64,000 nucleotides of DNA from Eledone cirrhosa. Its lineage: Eukaryota. Positions 1-13,320 of this stretch are shown piece by piece. Where the stretch lies: positions 10,540,001 to 10,604,000 of the forward strand of contig OZ024742.1 in NCBI GenBank assembly GCA_964016885.1. The letters are read 5' to 3'. The position numbers and the translations under genes were made by a program. Under the pieces are notes generated by a model. The model saw only the letters and a list, made by a program, of their open reading frames with translations, ran no database searches and was not told where the DNA came from. The number at the start of each line of letters is the position of its first letter. Position 1 is the stretch's first letter.

Positions 1-51
1 TTCATCCTTCTCTCTCTCTTTCACTCTATATATAATGCTAATAATAATTGT

Positions 52-150
52 TTGTTTCTACTTTTGGCACAAGGCCAGCAATTACTCCAGTACATTACTG
101 GTACTTTATTTTATCAACTCCATAAGGATGAACAGCAAAGTAAACCTGAT
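52..150 (-). mobile_element. 3' fragment of tRNA-derived SINE family A
   Basis: Reverse complement of the family A 3' part (…ataaaataaagtaccagtaatg…ttgctggccttgtgccaaaagtagaaacaa) seen in full at 40136-40322. Confidence 0.8.
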
Positions 151-797
151 AATTATACTGAAATTCTAGTGTACTGTGCCCAGGGGTGCTACAACTTTCT
201 CATCCAAACTTATATGTGTGTGTACTATAGTTTCTTACATGTTAAATATAGTGAGTGGAAACATTTCATTTAACTAAGATTATCCTTGCAATTTGAAGAC
301 ACATTCTCCCATTAGGAGAAATTCAGACCTAAAAACTGTAATCAGGGAATATAATTCCTACAATATTAGTTGATCTGCAAAGTGCAGAGTGTACTGGGTG
401 TATTTTATTGTACCACCGCATCAGTACTAGGGGGGTTGTCATGTCTTTTACATAACTGAAGAATCCACTCAATCCTTTGTTTTAGCTAGATGACCTTCAT
501 ATCACCAATCACTTTACAGAGTGTACTGGGTGTATTTTATTGTGTCACCAAGACTAAGAAACATTGTCATGTATTCAACACAACTGTATAGTCCCCTCAC
601 CCTCCCGCTTTTTTATTTTGGCATTGATATAATATTAGATAAGGTAAATGTTAAAATAGTTTGACTGGAATTAAGGTTGGTTGTAACTGTTGTGATGATA
701 TTAATCTATTTGATGCCGTATTTCTAATTACATAAGTCGTATTTCTAATTACATAAGTCGTATTTCAATTAATTATTGAAGAATTTTGAGAGATTTA

Positions 798-1130
798 CTT
801 CTTCTTTACCCACTTATTCCTGGTAGGGTCATGGAGGCAGAGTCCTCAAACAATCCTTCTAGCAGGTCCTTCAGAAACAACTGTCTCCAATTGATCAAGC
901 TGGATCCCCAAGAAGTCCAGCCAAGCTCATGGATGTTATCCAACCATCTTGCTCGGGGTCTACCCCTGGGTCTCCTGCCAGTTGATTTTGCCCATAAAGT
1001 CTGTCCAGCGATTTTTTTTCTGAAACCATTTAACCACATGTCCGTAATAGTGGAAGTGTAATCTCTCAATTCAGTGAAGCAGCAATTTTCTGATTTCTGA
1101 GCTACGCACTCTATCGCGTTACATTACTCC
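798..1130 (-). mobile_element. RTE-like LINE 3' fragment (second family)
   Basis: Minus ORF 806-1069 has GRRPRGRPRARWLDNI, typical of the RTE C-terminus. A homologous copy lies at 48030-48250. Confidence 0.65.
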
Positions 1131-2234
1131 AAAGAACCTTTATCAATACAAGCAGTCGAAATGGGCATTTACTAAAATTAATAATTATTTTATTGTGAAG
1201 ATGGTATTTGTAATAAAACTTAATAAAAAGTTCTTAAACAACATACCAGAAGATTTTCAATTTATATAGGAATCGTTTAAAAGTGGAAGGCTTCATTTTA
1301 CAGAACCAGAGCCTGTTTTGGCTGTTAATATTAAAAGTGTTAAGAGATTTGGTCATTTTGCTGTACTACAAGGATTGAAAAGTTCATAAGCTGACTCTGA
1401 AGGGGTGATGTTAGTACTGTGAAATCTTGCATGCATGAATTTTCAACTCTTCTTATTAATAATTGTATTGTTTCTTTCTAGGGACTATGTAGAAAAATAA
1501 ACCTCATTTGATCATTCCATGAGAGTATCTTGGTCAGCCTATGAACCTGTCAGTCGACCCTTGTAGATATAACAAAAGAATTATTTCCTTGAGATATAAA
1601 GCTTCTTAGAGAAGCCAATAGATTCCTCAATAGAATGTCATGCCAGAGATGTGGATGGCATTAGAAATTATGTTTATAATGTCTATAACTGTGGTTATGG
1701 GAGAGAGAAAGTTTAGTTTACTAAAGTTTCTAAAGAGATATTTGTTCCATTGTGTTGTTGGTCCATGACACAAGAAAGATTAAATTATTTGACAATTTTG
1801 TCAAAAGAAAATGATATTGTAGAAAAATATAGAAACAGAAAATACTATGAAAACATTTTCTGATTTAAAGACAAGACAAAATGTTTTAGTTAGGATAATA
1901 TATGTTTTTCTCTGTCTGTTATTTTGTTTATATTCATTAATTTATTGGGGAGAAAAGCTGTTAACTTCTATAAAAGGTCACCAACACTTTCTCTCAGCCA
2001 TCCTTGGTGTTTATCTGTAACAGAATATGTGTCAAATCTTCGCTAGTTATGTAAATACTATCATACTTTATCTCTTAGTTATATAACTGAAAAGATTTGA
2101 AACTTTGAAGCTGTTGTTTTTTGTTGTTGAATTACTAAGTCTGATGAGCAGATTGATGCAGGAGTCAGGTCCATAGCATCCATAGGGAACCTTGAGGCAA
2201 TCTTTTGTGAAACATACCTAACATTATTTATTTC

Positions 2235-2340
2235 AATCCCGGCGAGGTTAACTTTGCCTTTCCTCCTTACGGGGTTGATAAAATAAAGTACCAGTAATAC
2301 ACTGGGTAATTGCTGGCCTTGTGCCAAAAGTAGAAACAAT
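2235..2340 (+). mobile_element. SINE family A, 5'-truncated
   Basis: atcccggcgaggttaactttgcctttc…ataaagtaccagtaatac…gtagaaacaa matches the other copies. Confidence 0.8.
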
Positions 2341-3824
2341 TATTTATTTCACTTTTCCATATATATATATATAGGGATGACCCTTCAGTCGTGTCAGTAG
2401 CCGCTGCTTCAGTACTGACTTGGTCTATGTAGACCCAGCCAACTCTTGCTAACAGGAAGCACAGATATTTTAATGACGATGATGATGATTATGATGATAT
2501 ATGTGTCTCTCTATATATATATATATACATGGAAAAGTGGATGTAAAGTGTCCATGATAATGATATATATATATATGTGTGTGTGTGTGTGAGGGGTGAC
2601 TATATGTACACACACAGATACATTCAATTACACACCATAACATACTATACTGTTTTATATTACATTACACCACTACACTGGACCGAACAGTTCAGAAAAT
2701 GGCTAAAATATGTACGAAACTCTGAATTATACCATGTAAGAAAATCTATGAAACATAAAATTGCTAATCATATCACACATATGTAGAGATAATACTATGT
2801 AGGGGTGAAGATATTTGACCGAAAGACCAGCAGAAATATAGTGATATTGGGTAGTTATTACTGGAATATCAAGATAATATAATTACTGCTGTTTATATCC
2901 TTGTAGCCATGTCAATAAACTGGACAAATGTTCTGGTTTGTTAAATAATAAAAATCTAATCAAGAGTTAATTTATTGCTGCAGGCTTGGATATACTAATG
3001 ACAATATGTCAGTTGTGAGTTGTTTGTGTGATGGTGTTTGTGTGTGACTTTGTGTGTTGTGTATGTCTATGTATTTCTTTGTGTTTGTGAATTATTGAGT
3101 GTGTTTGTGTTGTTTGTGTATGTATGTGTGTTGTGTATGTATGTGTGTTGCGTTTCTGAATGATTGAGTGTGTATGTCTGTGTGTTTGTATGTTTGTGTG
3201 TTGTCTGTGTGTTTCTGAATGATTGAGTGTGTATGTCTGTGTGTTTGTATGTTTGTGTGTTGTCTGTGTGTTTGTGAATGATTGAGTGTGTATGTCTGTG
3301 TGTTTGTATGTCTGTGTTTGTATGTTTGTGTATGTCTGTATTTATAAGTCTGTGTAAGCATATTAGTGTACATATGTATATAATGAAGATATACTTTATT
3401 GTATGTCAATATATAAAATATTAATAATGATTATATCAACATCTTCATCTTTTATGAGTTTACATCTGGTTTCTATACTGGAATGGGTTAGGTCCTGGTT
3501 ATTTGAGACAAGCTGGGTCAGAGAAAACCACTTGTTTCTCTTAGCTTTTATTTCTCTCATGGTTTCTATGACTGGAACCTGGCACTAAAATGATAAAACT
3601 ACTCTATACTATCTCTGTTTATTAATAAGACTATAGAGTACTCACTACTCTATATTGTCTACAGTATGAAAGCTAAGGCAATGGAAATGAGCTCAGGCTA
3701 GATCATGTCAACAAAATCTCCATATGGATAAAATACACAATAAGTCTCTGATATATGAATAGCTAAATGTCAGCAGAAGGGCACCCAGGAGTCATGACAT
3801 TGATGCAGCCCTGGAGAACATGTT

Positions 3825-4000
3825 TTTCAGCATAGAGTTGCGGCCCTTTACGTTCTGAGTTCAAATCTTGCTATGGTTAGCTTTACCTTTCATCCTCACA
3901 GGATTGCTGAAATAAAGTACCAGTAATGTGCTGGGATTGACTTAATTGACTTCCCCCTCCCCTAAAATTGCTGGACTTGTTCCAAAGTTAGAAACTATTA
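3825..4000 (+). mobile_element. SINE family A, diverged copy
   Basis: B-box gagttcaaatc followed by ctttcatcc…aaataaagtaccagt. Confidence 0.7.
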
Positions 4001-4311
4001 TTATTATTATATCAACAGTTGGCCTTCAGACTCAACAAGAAGCCATTATAGTAACGCAATGAGTTGCTAACATGAATAATTCTCTTATGTCATTTTTTTG
4101 TCTATCCTGAGGTTAGTTATGGTTTAGGTTACCAGGACAACTGTGACAATATTAACAAGTTATATCCAGTGTCATGTGACTGACTCCATTGTTATAACCA
4201 TCTATTCTGTTAGCAACAGTCAACTTGTTCAACTCTTTAACTCTTTTTACTGACCTAACCATTCTATTATCAATGGAACTTTTCGCATCAGCCCAGAGCA
4301 CATTGTTCAAA

Positions 4312-4700
4312 CTATATACTTGTATACACACAAATATATTACATATACTTGTATACACACAAATATGTTACATATACTTGTATACACACAAATATATTAC
4401 ATATACTTGTATACACACAAATATGTTACATATACTTGTATACACACAAATATGTTACATATACTTGTATATACACACAAATATATTACATATATTTGTA
4501 TACACACAAATATATTACATATACTTGTATACACACAAATATATTACATATACTTGTATATATACACAAATATATTACATATACTTGTATATATACACAC
4601 AAATATATTACATATACTTGTATATATACACACAAATATATTTCATATACTTGTATATATACACACAAATATATTTCATATACTTGTATATATACACACT
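4312..4700. repeat. ~29-33 bp minisatellite (atacttgtatacacacaaatatattacat)
   Basis: About 13 tandem copies visible. Confidence 0.9.
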
Positions 4701-5516
4701 TAAGAACGGGATGGAAGAAGTTTAGGGAACTACTACCACTGCTAGCTGCAAAAGGCTTCTCCCTCAGAATGAAAGGCAGACTGTATGATGCGTGTATCCG
4801 AACAGCGATGTTGCATGGTAGTGAGACCTGGGCGCTGAAGGTGGAAGACTTACGTAGATTAGAGAGAAATGAAGCCTATATGCTCCGATGGATGTGTAAC
4901 AGTAATATACGTGAACGACAAAGCATAAATGAATTGAGAGAGAGACTAAGCATAAGAGGAATCAAATGCTGTGTGCAGGAGAGGCGGTTGCGCTGGTATG
5001 GACATGTGATGCGTATGAAGGACGACAGCTGCATAAAAAGGTGCAGAGCACTAGAAGTTGATGGAAACCGCGGAGTGGGGAGACCCAAGATGACCTGGGA
5101 TGAGGTGATAAAAGCCGACCTTACCCAATTGCACCTCTCAAAGACAATGACACACGACCGTGACTTCTGGCGTCACGCAGTAATACAGAGTACCCGACCT
5201 CCCATGGGTACAAGCTGAAGCATATAGACAATATGCCCCCCCGCCCCCCACCGCAAGGTGGTCGTGGAGGTGCCATGGCAAAAAAGCACCCAGACCACAC
5301 TGTAAAGTGGACGTGTAGGCGCCACAAAAAAGCACCCAGCACTCACTGTAAATGAGGTTGGTGTTAGGAAGGGCATCCAGCTGTAGAAATCAAGCCAGAT
5401 CAGTTCCTGTATGAGCAAGGCATGGTCAGCCGACCAGACACTGCCCACAACAGGACAACCTGTCTAACCCATGCTAGCGTGGAAGAACGGACGTAAAACG
5501 GTGATGATGATGATGA
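4701..5516 (+). mobile_element. 5'-truncated RTE-clade LINE (ORF C-terminus, 3' UTR, (GAT)n tail)
   Basis: In-frame WKKFREL…KGRLYDACIRTAMLHGSETW…[11 protein letters not shown]…GRPKMTW (stop at 5218), then 3' UTR with gttaggaagggcatccagctgtag and tail ggacgtaaaacggtgatgatgatgatga. Confidence 0.9.
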
Positions 5517-5659
5517 GTTTACTATATGCATTACAGTATATACAAAAGTGTATCTAACGTATATATTTACATAGACAGCCTTATATACACAGATGTGTAT
5601 ACATCATCTGTGTATATATACATACATGCATATGCACTTATATATATTATTTTCTTACA

Positions 5660-5880
5660 AGGGCAGAGGATTTGCAGTTTCAGTAGAGCGTCAGACAAAA
5701 TAGTTTGTGGCATAGAGTTAGGTCCCTTTACGATCTGAGTTCACATCCTACTGAGTTTAGTTTTGCTTTCCATCATTACAGGGTTGATGAAATAAGGTAG
5801 CAGTAATGTACTGAGGTTGATTTAATCAACATTCCCCTCCCCGACAAATTGTAGGTTTTGTACATAAATCAGAAATTATT
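5660..5880 (+). mobile_element. SINE family A, diverged
   Basis: gtagagcgtcagac…ctgagttcacatcc…gggttgatgaaataaggtagcag matches the family layout. Confidence 0.7.
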
Positions 5881-5884
5881 ATTG

Positions 5885-5927
<43 letters not shown>

Positions 5928-6079
5928 GTGTGTGAGTATATATCATCATTTAACACCCATTTCCCCCCATAACAGGGGTTGGATGTATGTATATATATAT
6001 AGACATATATATACATATTATGTACTATACAAGCACCTTTCATGAATTGCAGTGAGTACTGTACATAATAATTTCATTG

Positions 6080-6141
<62 letters not shown>

Positions 6142-6291
6142 ATATATTTTAAAGAGTTAAACAAGATTCAATGAGTACATCAAAGAATGAGTTTTACAGT
6201 AGATTGGAAGCACTCTACAGAGAGATATTTTCCAGAGTTATTAATATTAAATTCAAATATTAAGAAAATAGATAGTCTTGTGATCAATTAA

Positions 6292-6357
6292 ATTTTATTA
6301 TACATATTTCAGAGGTACTTGAATCAGGTTCAACAGTACGTCCTCATCAGATAAAAT
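6292..6357 (-). ncRNA. Type I hammerhead ribozyme motif in a fold-back module
   Basis: Reverse complement: attttat CTGATGA [gg acgtac…gtac ctct] GAAA tatgta TA ataaaat. Stem I is 7 bp. Confidence 0.65.
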
Positions 6358-6565
6358 AATATGATACATGACATACCTCTGAAATATGTATAATGAAATT
6401 TAATTGATCACAAGAACATCTATTTTGTTAATATATGTGTGTAGGAGGTGAGTAATATTGTAGAACAATAAAACTATGCATATATCAGATAAGTAGCACT
6501 CAACAGTTGGTAGAACTGGAGCATATATAAAGAAGAAATTAAAAGATGGTTAAAAAAGTTCCATA

Positions 6566-6633
6566 TATTTTATTATACACATTTCGAACAACATCATCCT
6601 GGGACAAAAATTGTGTTCTCATCAGATAAAATA
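6566..6633 (-). ncRNA. Type I hammerhead ribozyme (inverted copy of 6704-6773)
   Basis: Reverse complement: tattttat CTGATGA gaacac…tgttc GAAA tgtgta TA ataaaata. Confidence 0.75.
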
Positions 6634-6703
6634 AGGTAACATGATATGAGGCCTAAAAACACCTGTGAACAAGAAAGTGTCCAGTCAACATATCATGTTA
6701 CCT

Positions 6704-6773
6704 TATTTTATCTGATGAGAACACAATTTTTGTCCCAGGATGATGATGTTTTCGAAATGCGCATAATAAAATA
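6704..6773 (+). ncRNA. Type I hammerhead ribozyme with palindromic stem III
   Basis: tattttat CTGATGA gaacac…atgttttc GAAA TGCGCA TA ataaaata. Stem I is 8 bp, and the predicted cleavage triplet is AUA. Confidence 0.8.
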
Positions 6774-6871
6774 TACGGAACTTTTTAAACCATCTTTTAA
6801 TTTCTTCTTTATATATATATATATAAATGATATCCAGTGTCTCTAAGTTTCTGCACACACATTATATATAT

Positions 6872-8552
6872 ATGGCCTACCATGAGATTAATACAGAAGC
6901 CAAGGAACTCGCCACCGACCTTAAGGTAGATAAGAAGCTACAATCTCTAGCTAAGCGTAAGGCGTTCCTCACCTTGAAAGATCACAAGGTAGACTTTACT
7001 TCTAACCCTACATGTAGACTAATAAACCCGGCACGCACAGATATGGGACTAGTCAGTAAGGCCATACTTAGAAACATAGTTAAGACCATTAGGACCAAGT
7101 CCAACCTTCCCCAGTGGGAGAACAGCGACTCCGTAATTAAGTGGTTTAACTCCTTAAAATACAAAAAAGGGAAGTTCACACAGTTTGACATTGGCGATTT
7201 TTACCCGTCGATCTCAGAGACCCTGTTAAACAAAGCGTTGGACTTCGCTACCACTTATACCACCGTCGATGGTTTAGACAGGGAAATCATCGCTCACTGC
7301 CGGAAAACCCTCCTCTTCAACGACGGAGTAGCCTGGGCAAAGAAATCTAGATCTTCAGACCTGTTCGACGTCTCCATGGGATCGTTTGACAGTGCTGACA
7401 TATGTGACTTGGTTGGCCTTTTTATCTTAGACATATTACGTGTTAGATTCCCGGACTTCCACACGGGATTATACCGTGACGATGGACTGACTTTTTCGAG
7501 TCATAAAAGTGGTCACGACCTCGACCGGTTTAAAAAAGACTTAGCTTCTACCTTCAATGAGTTAGGACTTAGGATAACAGTAGCCACCAACCTCTCTAGC
7601 TTAGATTTCTTAGACATTAATTTAGACCTTCGCACACACACCCACAGACCCTTCCATAAGCTAAACGAGAAACTTAATTACATTTACAAGGACTCATGCC
7701 ACCCTCCCACTGTTTTTAGAAACTTTGTTAAGAATATCAGTACTAGAATCTCAAACCTCTCCTCTAATAAGGCTATCTTTGACAGGGCGGCACCCTACTA
7801 TAACACGGCGTTGGCTAACAGCGGCTTCTCACAACCTATCACCTACTCTCCCACTAGCAACAACACCATTAAGAAAAGTAAGCGCAACAATAGACAAACT
7901 ATCTGGTTCTCTCCTCCCTTTCTCACTCAACGTTAAAACCAATGTAGGAAAAAAATGTCTAGCCCTCTTAGATAGACACTTGCCCATAGGTCATAAATAC
8001 CGCTCCATCTTTAACCGACACAAAGTTAAACTAGGATACTCCTGCGCTAAGAACATGAAGGTCCACATCACCAGCAGCCCTAGGAGCAACACCCCACTAG
8101 GGTGCTCTTGCCGTAAGCCAGAAGCTTGCCCCTTTCAACAGCAATGCAACACACCAGCTGTAATCTATGAAGCTGTGGTCACTTCCAACCGACCAAACGA
8201 ACCACAGGAGGTCAAATCCTATGTGGGCATGGCGGAGGGCCGATCCAAGGACCGTTTCCTGAACCACCAGTCTACCTTCAGATACCCGGACAGACGTTCA
8301 TCCACGAAACTCGCGAGCCACGTATAGTCCCTCAAGGACTCAAGTATAGGCTACTCCATTCAATGGAAAGCCATCACTAAGTCCAAGCCATACGCAAGGA
8401 GAAATCCGACGTCTGGTTTATGTATTGACGAACGAATAACTATCCTAAAGACATTACGCAATAGTGATTGCCTAAACACGAGAAGTGAATTTTTCACACG
8501 TTGTCCACACGTCACCAAACATCTATTGCATAACTACAAGGCTCCGGACTGA
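6872..8552 (+). pseudogene. Disrupted PLE ORF
   Basis: Frameshift near 7915 joins ORF 6827-7936 to the 7725-8327 frame. After TAG at 8325 the frame continues (SLKDSSIGYSIQWK…LCIDE…LNTRSEFFTRCPH) to TGA at 8550-8552. Confidence 0.85.
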
Positions 8553-8725
8553 TTCTTCGTAATTTTATTTTTAATTTTATTTTAATTTTATTTTCAACCT
8601 AAAAACTTTCCGGACTTTCGCAGTTATCTCCCTTACACCTCTCGCACGCAGTCTAGTATTGCCTGTGTGAAGTGACCGAGTTTCTGCGCATGCGCGTTCG
8701 TACGGTTGTCCTTCCTGTTCCTATA

Positions 8726-8783
8726 ACCATACACATCCCGAGCTGAAGATCCGCTAAGGTGAAACAATTGTTCTCGGTATGGT
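8726..8783 (+). ncRNA. Minimal type I hammerhead in the PLE 3' UTR/pLTR
   Basis: ccgag CTGAAGA t cc gctaa gg t GAAAC aatt GTT ctcgg, with palindromic CAATTG in stem III and extended stem I accatac/gtatggt. Confidence 0.8.
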
Positions 8784-9249
8784 GAACTAACTGTTGTGTA
8801 ACCACTTCTACCTAACTCGTCCCTCGTACTGAGTGCTCTACCACTACGGATATTACCTTCCAGTGTTCCACCACTATATATATATATATATATATAATAT
8901 CATATATATATATGTGTGTGTGTGCAGAAACTTAAAGACACTGGATATCAAATTGCCATCCATGTATATTAATGGTCTGACAGATAATTCCATACAACAG
9001 TGTATTCTATATACCACATACACACAAACTATACACTCTGAAATGGTGTATAGAATTACACACTCACATTAAGACACTGATACACACGCGCGCACACACA
9101 CACACACTGTTTCATAGTATTCCATCCTCTATGCACTAGAGAGTTCTTAAAAGAAGGCTGCAATAGACAGCTTTTCCACAGAGAGCCTAAAATATCATGG
9201 TTGTCTTGGAGATATCAGTACTGTGAAGGTGTGGATGGCTATGAGGGAA

Positions 9250-9376
9250 TAGTAGTGGTGGTATATTGTAGTAGTGGTATATTGTAGTGGTGGTAGTAGT
9301 AGTGGTGGTGGTACATTGTAGTGGTGGTAGTAGTAGTGGTGGTGGTATATTGTAGTGGTAGTGGTGGTGGTATATT

Positions 9377-9408
<32 letters not shown>

Positions 9409-9900
9409 GGTAGTAGTGGTATATTGTAGTGGTGGTGTAGTGGTGGTGCTAGTAGTAGTAGTAGTGGTGGTAGTGGTATATTGTAGTAGTGGTATAGTGT
9501 TGTGGTGGTGGTAGTAGTAGTGGTGGTGGTGGTGGTATAGTGTAGTGGTCGTAGTAGTAGTAGTGGTGGTAGTATCTAGTGTCATAAGGTGCTGGCTTTG
9601 GTGCTAGTATATAGAAGCAGGTTGTGTTAGTGGTGAGTAGATAGTGATGTCTGGTCATAGTAGTAGTGGGGGTATATTGTAGTGGTGGTATAGTGTAGTG
9701 GTCGTAGTAGTGGTGATGGTGGTATATTGTTATGGTGGTAGTATCTAGGTGCTAGCTTTAGTGTTAGTATATAAAACATGTGTTAGTGGTGTGTAGATTC
9801 TGATGTCAGGCAGTAGTGTTGGTAGTAGTGGTGGTGGTAGTAGTTGTGGTCATGGTTGTAGTATTGGTGGTAATAGTTGTGATCATGGTCATGGTTGTGG
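9250..9900. repeat. (GTG/GTA)n low-complexity tract
   Basis: Direct inspection. Confidence 0.85.
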
Positions 9901-10329
9901 TGGTGTTGCTTAGCCCTAGGTCATCTCTGATCAAGAGGACCTGTGATCAAAGTCCACCAAAGTGATACCAGTTGTGATTAGCTGGTCTACCAATTGTAGG
10001 GAACCCAGGATCATATGACCCACTGTTTTCAAGACAATTGTGGGTCATTTGGGGACATTTGGCTGCTGTAGTAGGACTGGTCTGGGGTGTTGTTGCATTG
10101 TGTTGTGGTGTTGTGGTGGTGTGTTGGCTGTGATGTTATGGTGGTGTTGTGGTGGTGTGTTGGCTGTGATGTTGTGGTGGCTGTGATGCTGTGGTGGTGT
10201 GGTGGCTGAGATGTTGTGGTGGTGTATTGTGTGTTAATGTCTTTGATTATGTGATTGTAATGGCTGTTCAAGATTTTGTTATGGTGGTGGAGTGTTGGAT
10301 GGTGGTGGAATGGTGTTGTGTGTCGGTGG

Positions 10330-11418
10330 CATGTTAGTTTGGTGTGGTGCTGTTAGTATGGTGGTGTGGTGTTATTAGTATGGTGGTGTGTGTGGTGTTG
10401 TTAGTTTGGTGGTGTGGCATTGTTAGCATGGTGGTGTGGTGCTGTTAGTATGGTGGTGTGGTGTGGTGTTATTAGTATGGTGGTGTGGTGTGGTGCTGTT
10501 AGCATGGTGGTGTGGTGCTGTTAGTATGGTGGTGTGGTGTGGTGTGGTGTGGTGTGGTGTTGTTAGTATGGTGGTGTGGTGTTGTTAGTATGGTGGTGTG
10601 GTGCTGTTAGTATGGTGGTGTGGTGTGGTGTGGTGTGGTGTGGTGTGGTGTGGTGTTGTTAGTATGGTGGTGTGGTGTTATTAGTATGGTGGTGTGGTGT
10701 GGTGCTGTTAGTATGGTGGTGTGGTGTGGTGTGGTGTGGTGTGGTGTGGTGTTGTTAGTATGGTGGTGTGGTGTGGTGTTGTTAGTATGGTGGTGTGGTG
10801 TTGTTAGTATGGTGGTGTGGTGCTGTTAGTATGGTGGTGTGGTGTGGTGTGGTGTTGTTAGTATGGTGGTGTGGTGTTATTAGTATGGTGGTGTGGTGTG
10901 GTGCTGTTAGTATGGTGGTGTGGTGTGGTGTGGTGTTGTTAGTATGGTGGTGTGGTGTTGTTAGTATGGTGGTGTGGTGTGGTGTTGTTAGTATGGTGGT
11001 GTGGTGTGGTGTTGTTAGTATGGTGGTGTGGTGTGGTGTTGTTAGTATGGTGGTGTGGTGTGGTGTTGTTAGTATGGTGGTGTGGTGTGGTGTTGTTAGT
11101 ATGGTGGTGTGGTGTGGTGTTGTTAGTATGGTGGTGTGGTGTGGTGTTGTTAGTATGGTGGTGTGGTGTGGTGTTGTTAGTATGGTGGTGTGGTGTGGTG
11201 TTGTTAGTATGGTGGTGTGGTGTGGTGTGGTGTGGTGTGGTGTTGTTAGTATGGTGGTGTGGTGTGGTGTTGTTAGTATGGTGGTGTGGTGTTGTTAGTA
11301 TGGTGGTGTGGTGTTGTTAGTATGGTGGTGTGGTGTGGTGTTGTTAGTATGGTGGTGTGGTGTGGTGTTGTTAGTATGGTGGTGTGGTGTGGTGTTGTTA
11401 GTATGGTGGTGTGGTGCT
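10330..11418. repeat. Compound minisatellite [gttagtatggt(ggtgt)n]
   Basis: Tandem units of about 22-42 bp that vary in GGTGT number. Confidence 0.9.
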
Positions 11419-11611
11419 TTCAGAACCCCCAGCAGACAAATCCATTAAACTCTTATGTGGAAGCAATAAATGAGACTCTCACAGACTTCAATAAGTCCAA
11501 GGATATGCGAAGGAGGAGCGGGGTAGTGGTAGTGGTAGGGGCTGCTGGTGTAGGGACACTTTATAGAAACACAGAACAATGTCACACACTGCCAAACCAT
11601 TCAGCAACAAC

Positions 11612-12520
11612 CCATTACCACACCACCACTACTACACTACACCACACCACCACTACTACACTACACCACACCACCACTACTACACTACACCACCACTACT
11701 ACACTACACCACACCACCACTACTACACCACACCACCACCACCACCACTACTACACTACACCACACCACCACTACTACACCACACCACCACCACCACCAC
11801 TACTACACTACACCACACCACCACTACTACACTACACCACCACCACTACTACACTACACCACCACTACTACACTACACCACCACTACTACACCACACCAC
11901 CACCACTACTACACCACACCACCACCACTACCACACCACACCACCACTACTACACCACACCACCACTACTACACCACACCACCACCACTACTACACTACA
12001 CCACCACTACTACACCACACCACCACTACTACACCACACCACCACTACTACACCACACCACCACTACTACACCACACCACCACTACTACACCACACCACC
12101 ACCACTACTACACTACACCACCACTACTACACCACACCACCACTACTACACCACACCACCACCACTACTACACTACACCACCACTACTACACCACACCAC
12201 CACCACTACTACACTACACCACCACTACTACACCACACCACCACTACTACACTACACCACCACTACTACACTACACCACCACTACTACACCACACCACCA
12301 CCACTACACCACACCACCACCACTACACTACACCACACCACCACTACTACACTACACCACACCACCACTACTACACTACACCACCACTACTACACCACAC
12401 CACCACTACAACACCACACCACCACCACCACTACTACACCACCACCACCACCAGTACTACACCACACCACCACCACCACCAGTACTACACCACACCACCA
12501 CCACCACACCACACCACCAC
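11612..12520. repeat. (CAC/TAC/ACACC) low-complexity tandem array
   Basis: Direct inspection. Confidence 0.9.
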
Positions 12521-12557
12521 TGATACTACAACCTATGCCATACACAAAACAATGCAC

Positions 12558-13320
12558 GCTCTCTACCCCTCCCTCTCACTCACTCACTCTCACTCACTCT
12601 CACTCACTCTCACTCACTCTCACTCTCTCTCACTCACTCACTCTTTCACTCTCACTCTCTCTCTCACTCACTCTCTCACTCTCTCTCTCACTCACTCTCT
12701 CACTCTCTCTCTCACTCACTCTCTCACTCACTCTCTCACTCACTCTCTCACTCTCTCTCTCTCTCACTCTCTCTTTCACTCTCTCTCTCGCTCTCTCTCG
12801 CTCTCGCTCTCGCTCTCGCTCTCGCTCTCTCGCTCTCTCTCTCTCGCTCTCTCTCTCACTCTCTCACTCACTCTCTCTATATATCTCACTCTCTCCCTAT
12901 CACTCTCTCTCTCTCTCTCTCTCCCTCTCTCCCCTCTTTCCTCCTCTCTCTCTCCCCCTCTCTCCCCTCTTTCCTCCTCTCTCTCTCTCCCCCTCTCTCC
13001 CCTCTTTCCTCTCTCTCTCTCCTCTTTCCTCCTCTCTCTCCTCTCTCTCTCTCCTCTCTCTCTCTCCTCTCCCTTTCCTCTCTCTCTCTCTCCTCCCCCT
13101 TTCCTCTCTCTCTCTCCTCCCCCCTTTCCTCTCTCTCTCTCCTCCCCATTTCCTCTCTCTCTCTCCTCCCCCTTTCCTCTCTCTCTCTCCTCTCCCTTTC
13201 CTCTCTCTCTCTCCTCCCCATTTCCTCTCTCTCTCCTCCCCCTTTCCTCTCTCTCTCTCCTCTCCCTTTCCTCTCTCTCTCTCCTCCCTCTCTCTCTTTC
13301 CTCTCTCTCTTTCCTATTCA
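12558..13320. repeat. CT-rich polypyrimidine microsatellite array
   Basis: (CT)n, (CACT)n and cctttcctctct units. Confidence 0.9.

Larger units (their letters stand above)
6872..8875 (+). mobile_element. 5'-truncated Penelope-like retroelement (RT + GIY-YIG endonuclease) in (TA)n
   Basis: RT motifs AFLTLKDHK, CRLINP, QFDIGDFYPSI, MGSFDSA, GLYRDDGL, LDFLDINL. Linker CSCRKPEACPFQQQC (CxCx5Cx5C). GIY-YIG-like AVIY…YVG…RFLNH. 3' UTR carries a hammerhead. TA repeats at both ends. Confidence 0.92.

Noticed and set aside
1455-1520. Acceptor-like tttctttctag followed by a possible exon
   Set aside because: All three frames stop within about 30 nt, and there is no supporting donor or homology.
8325-8327. 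Possible recoding (selenocysteine or readthrough) in the PLE ORF
   Set aside because: The stop is TAG, not TGA, and falls where Trp (TGG) is plausible. The copy also has a frameshift, so decay is the simpler explanation.
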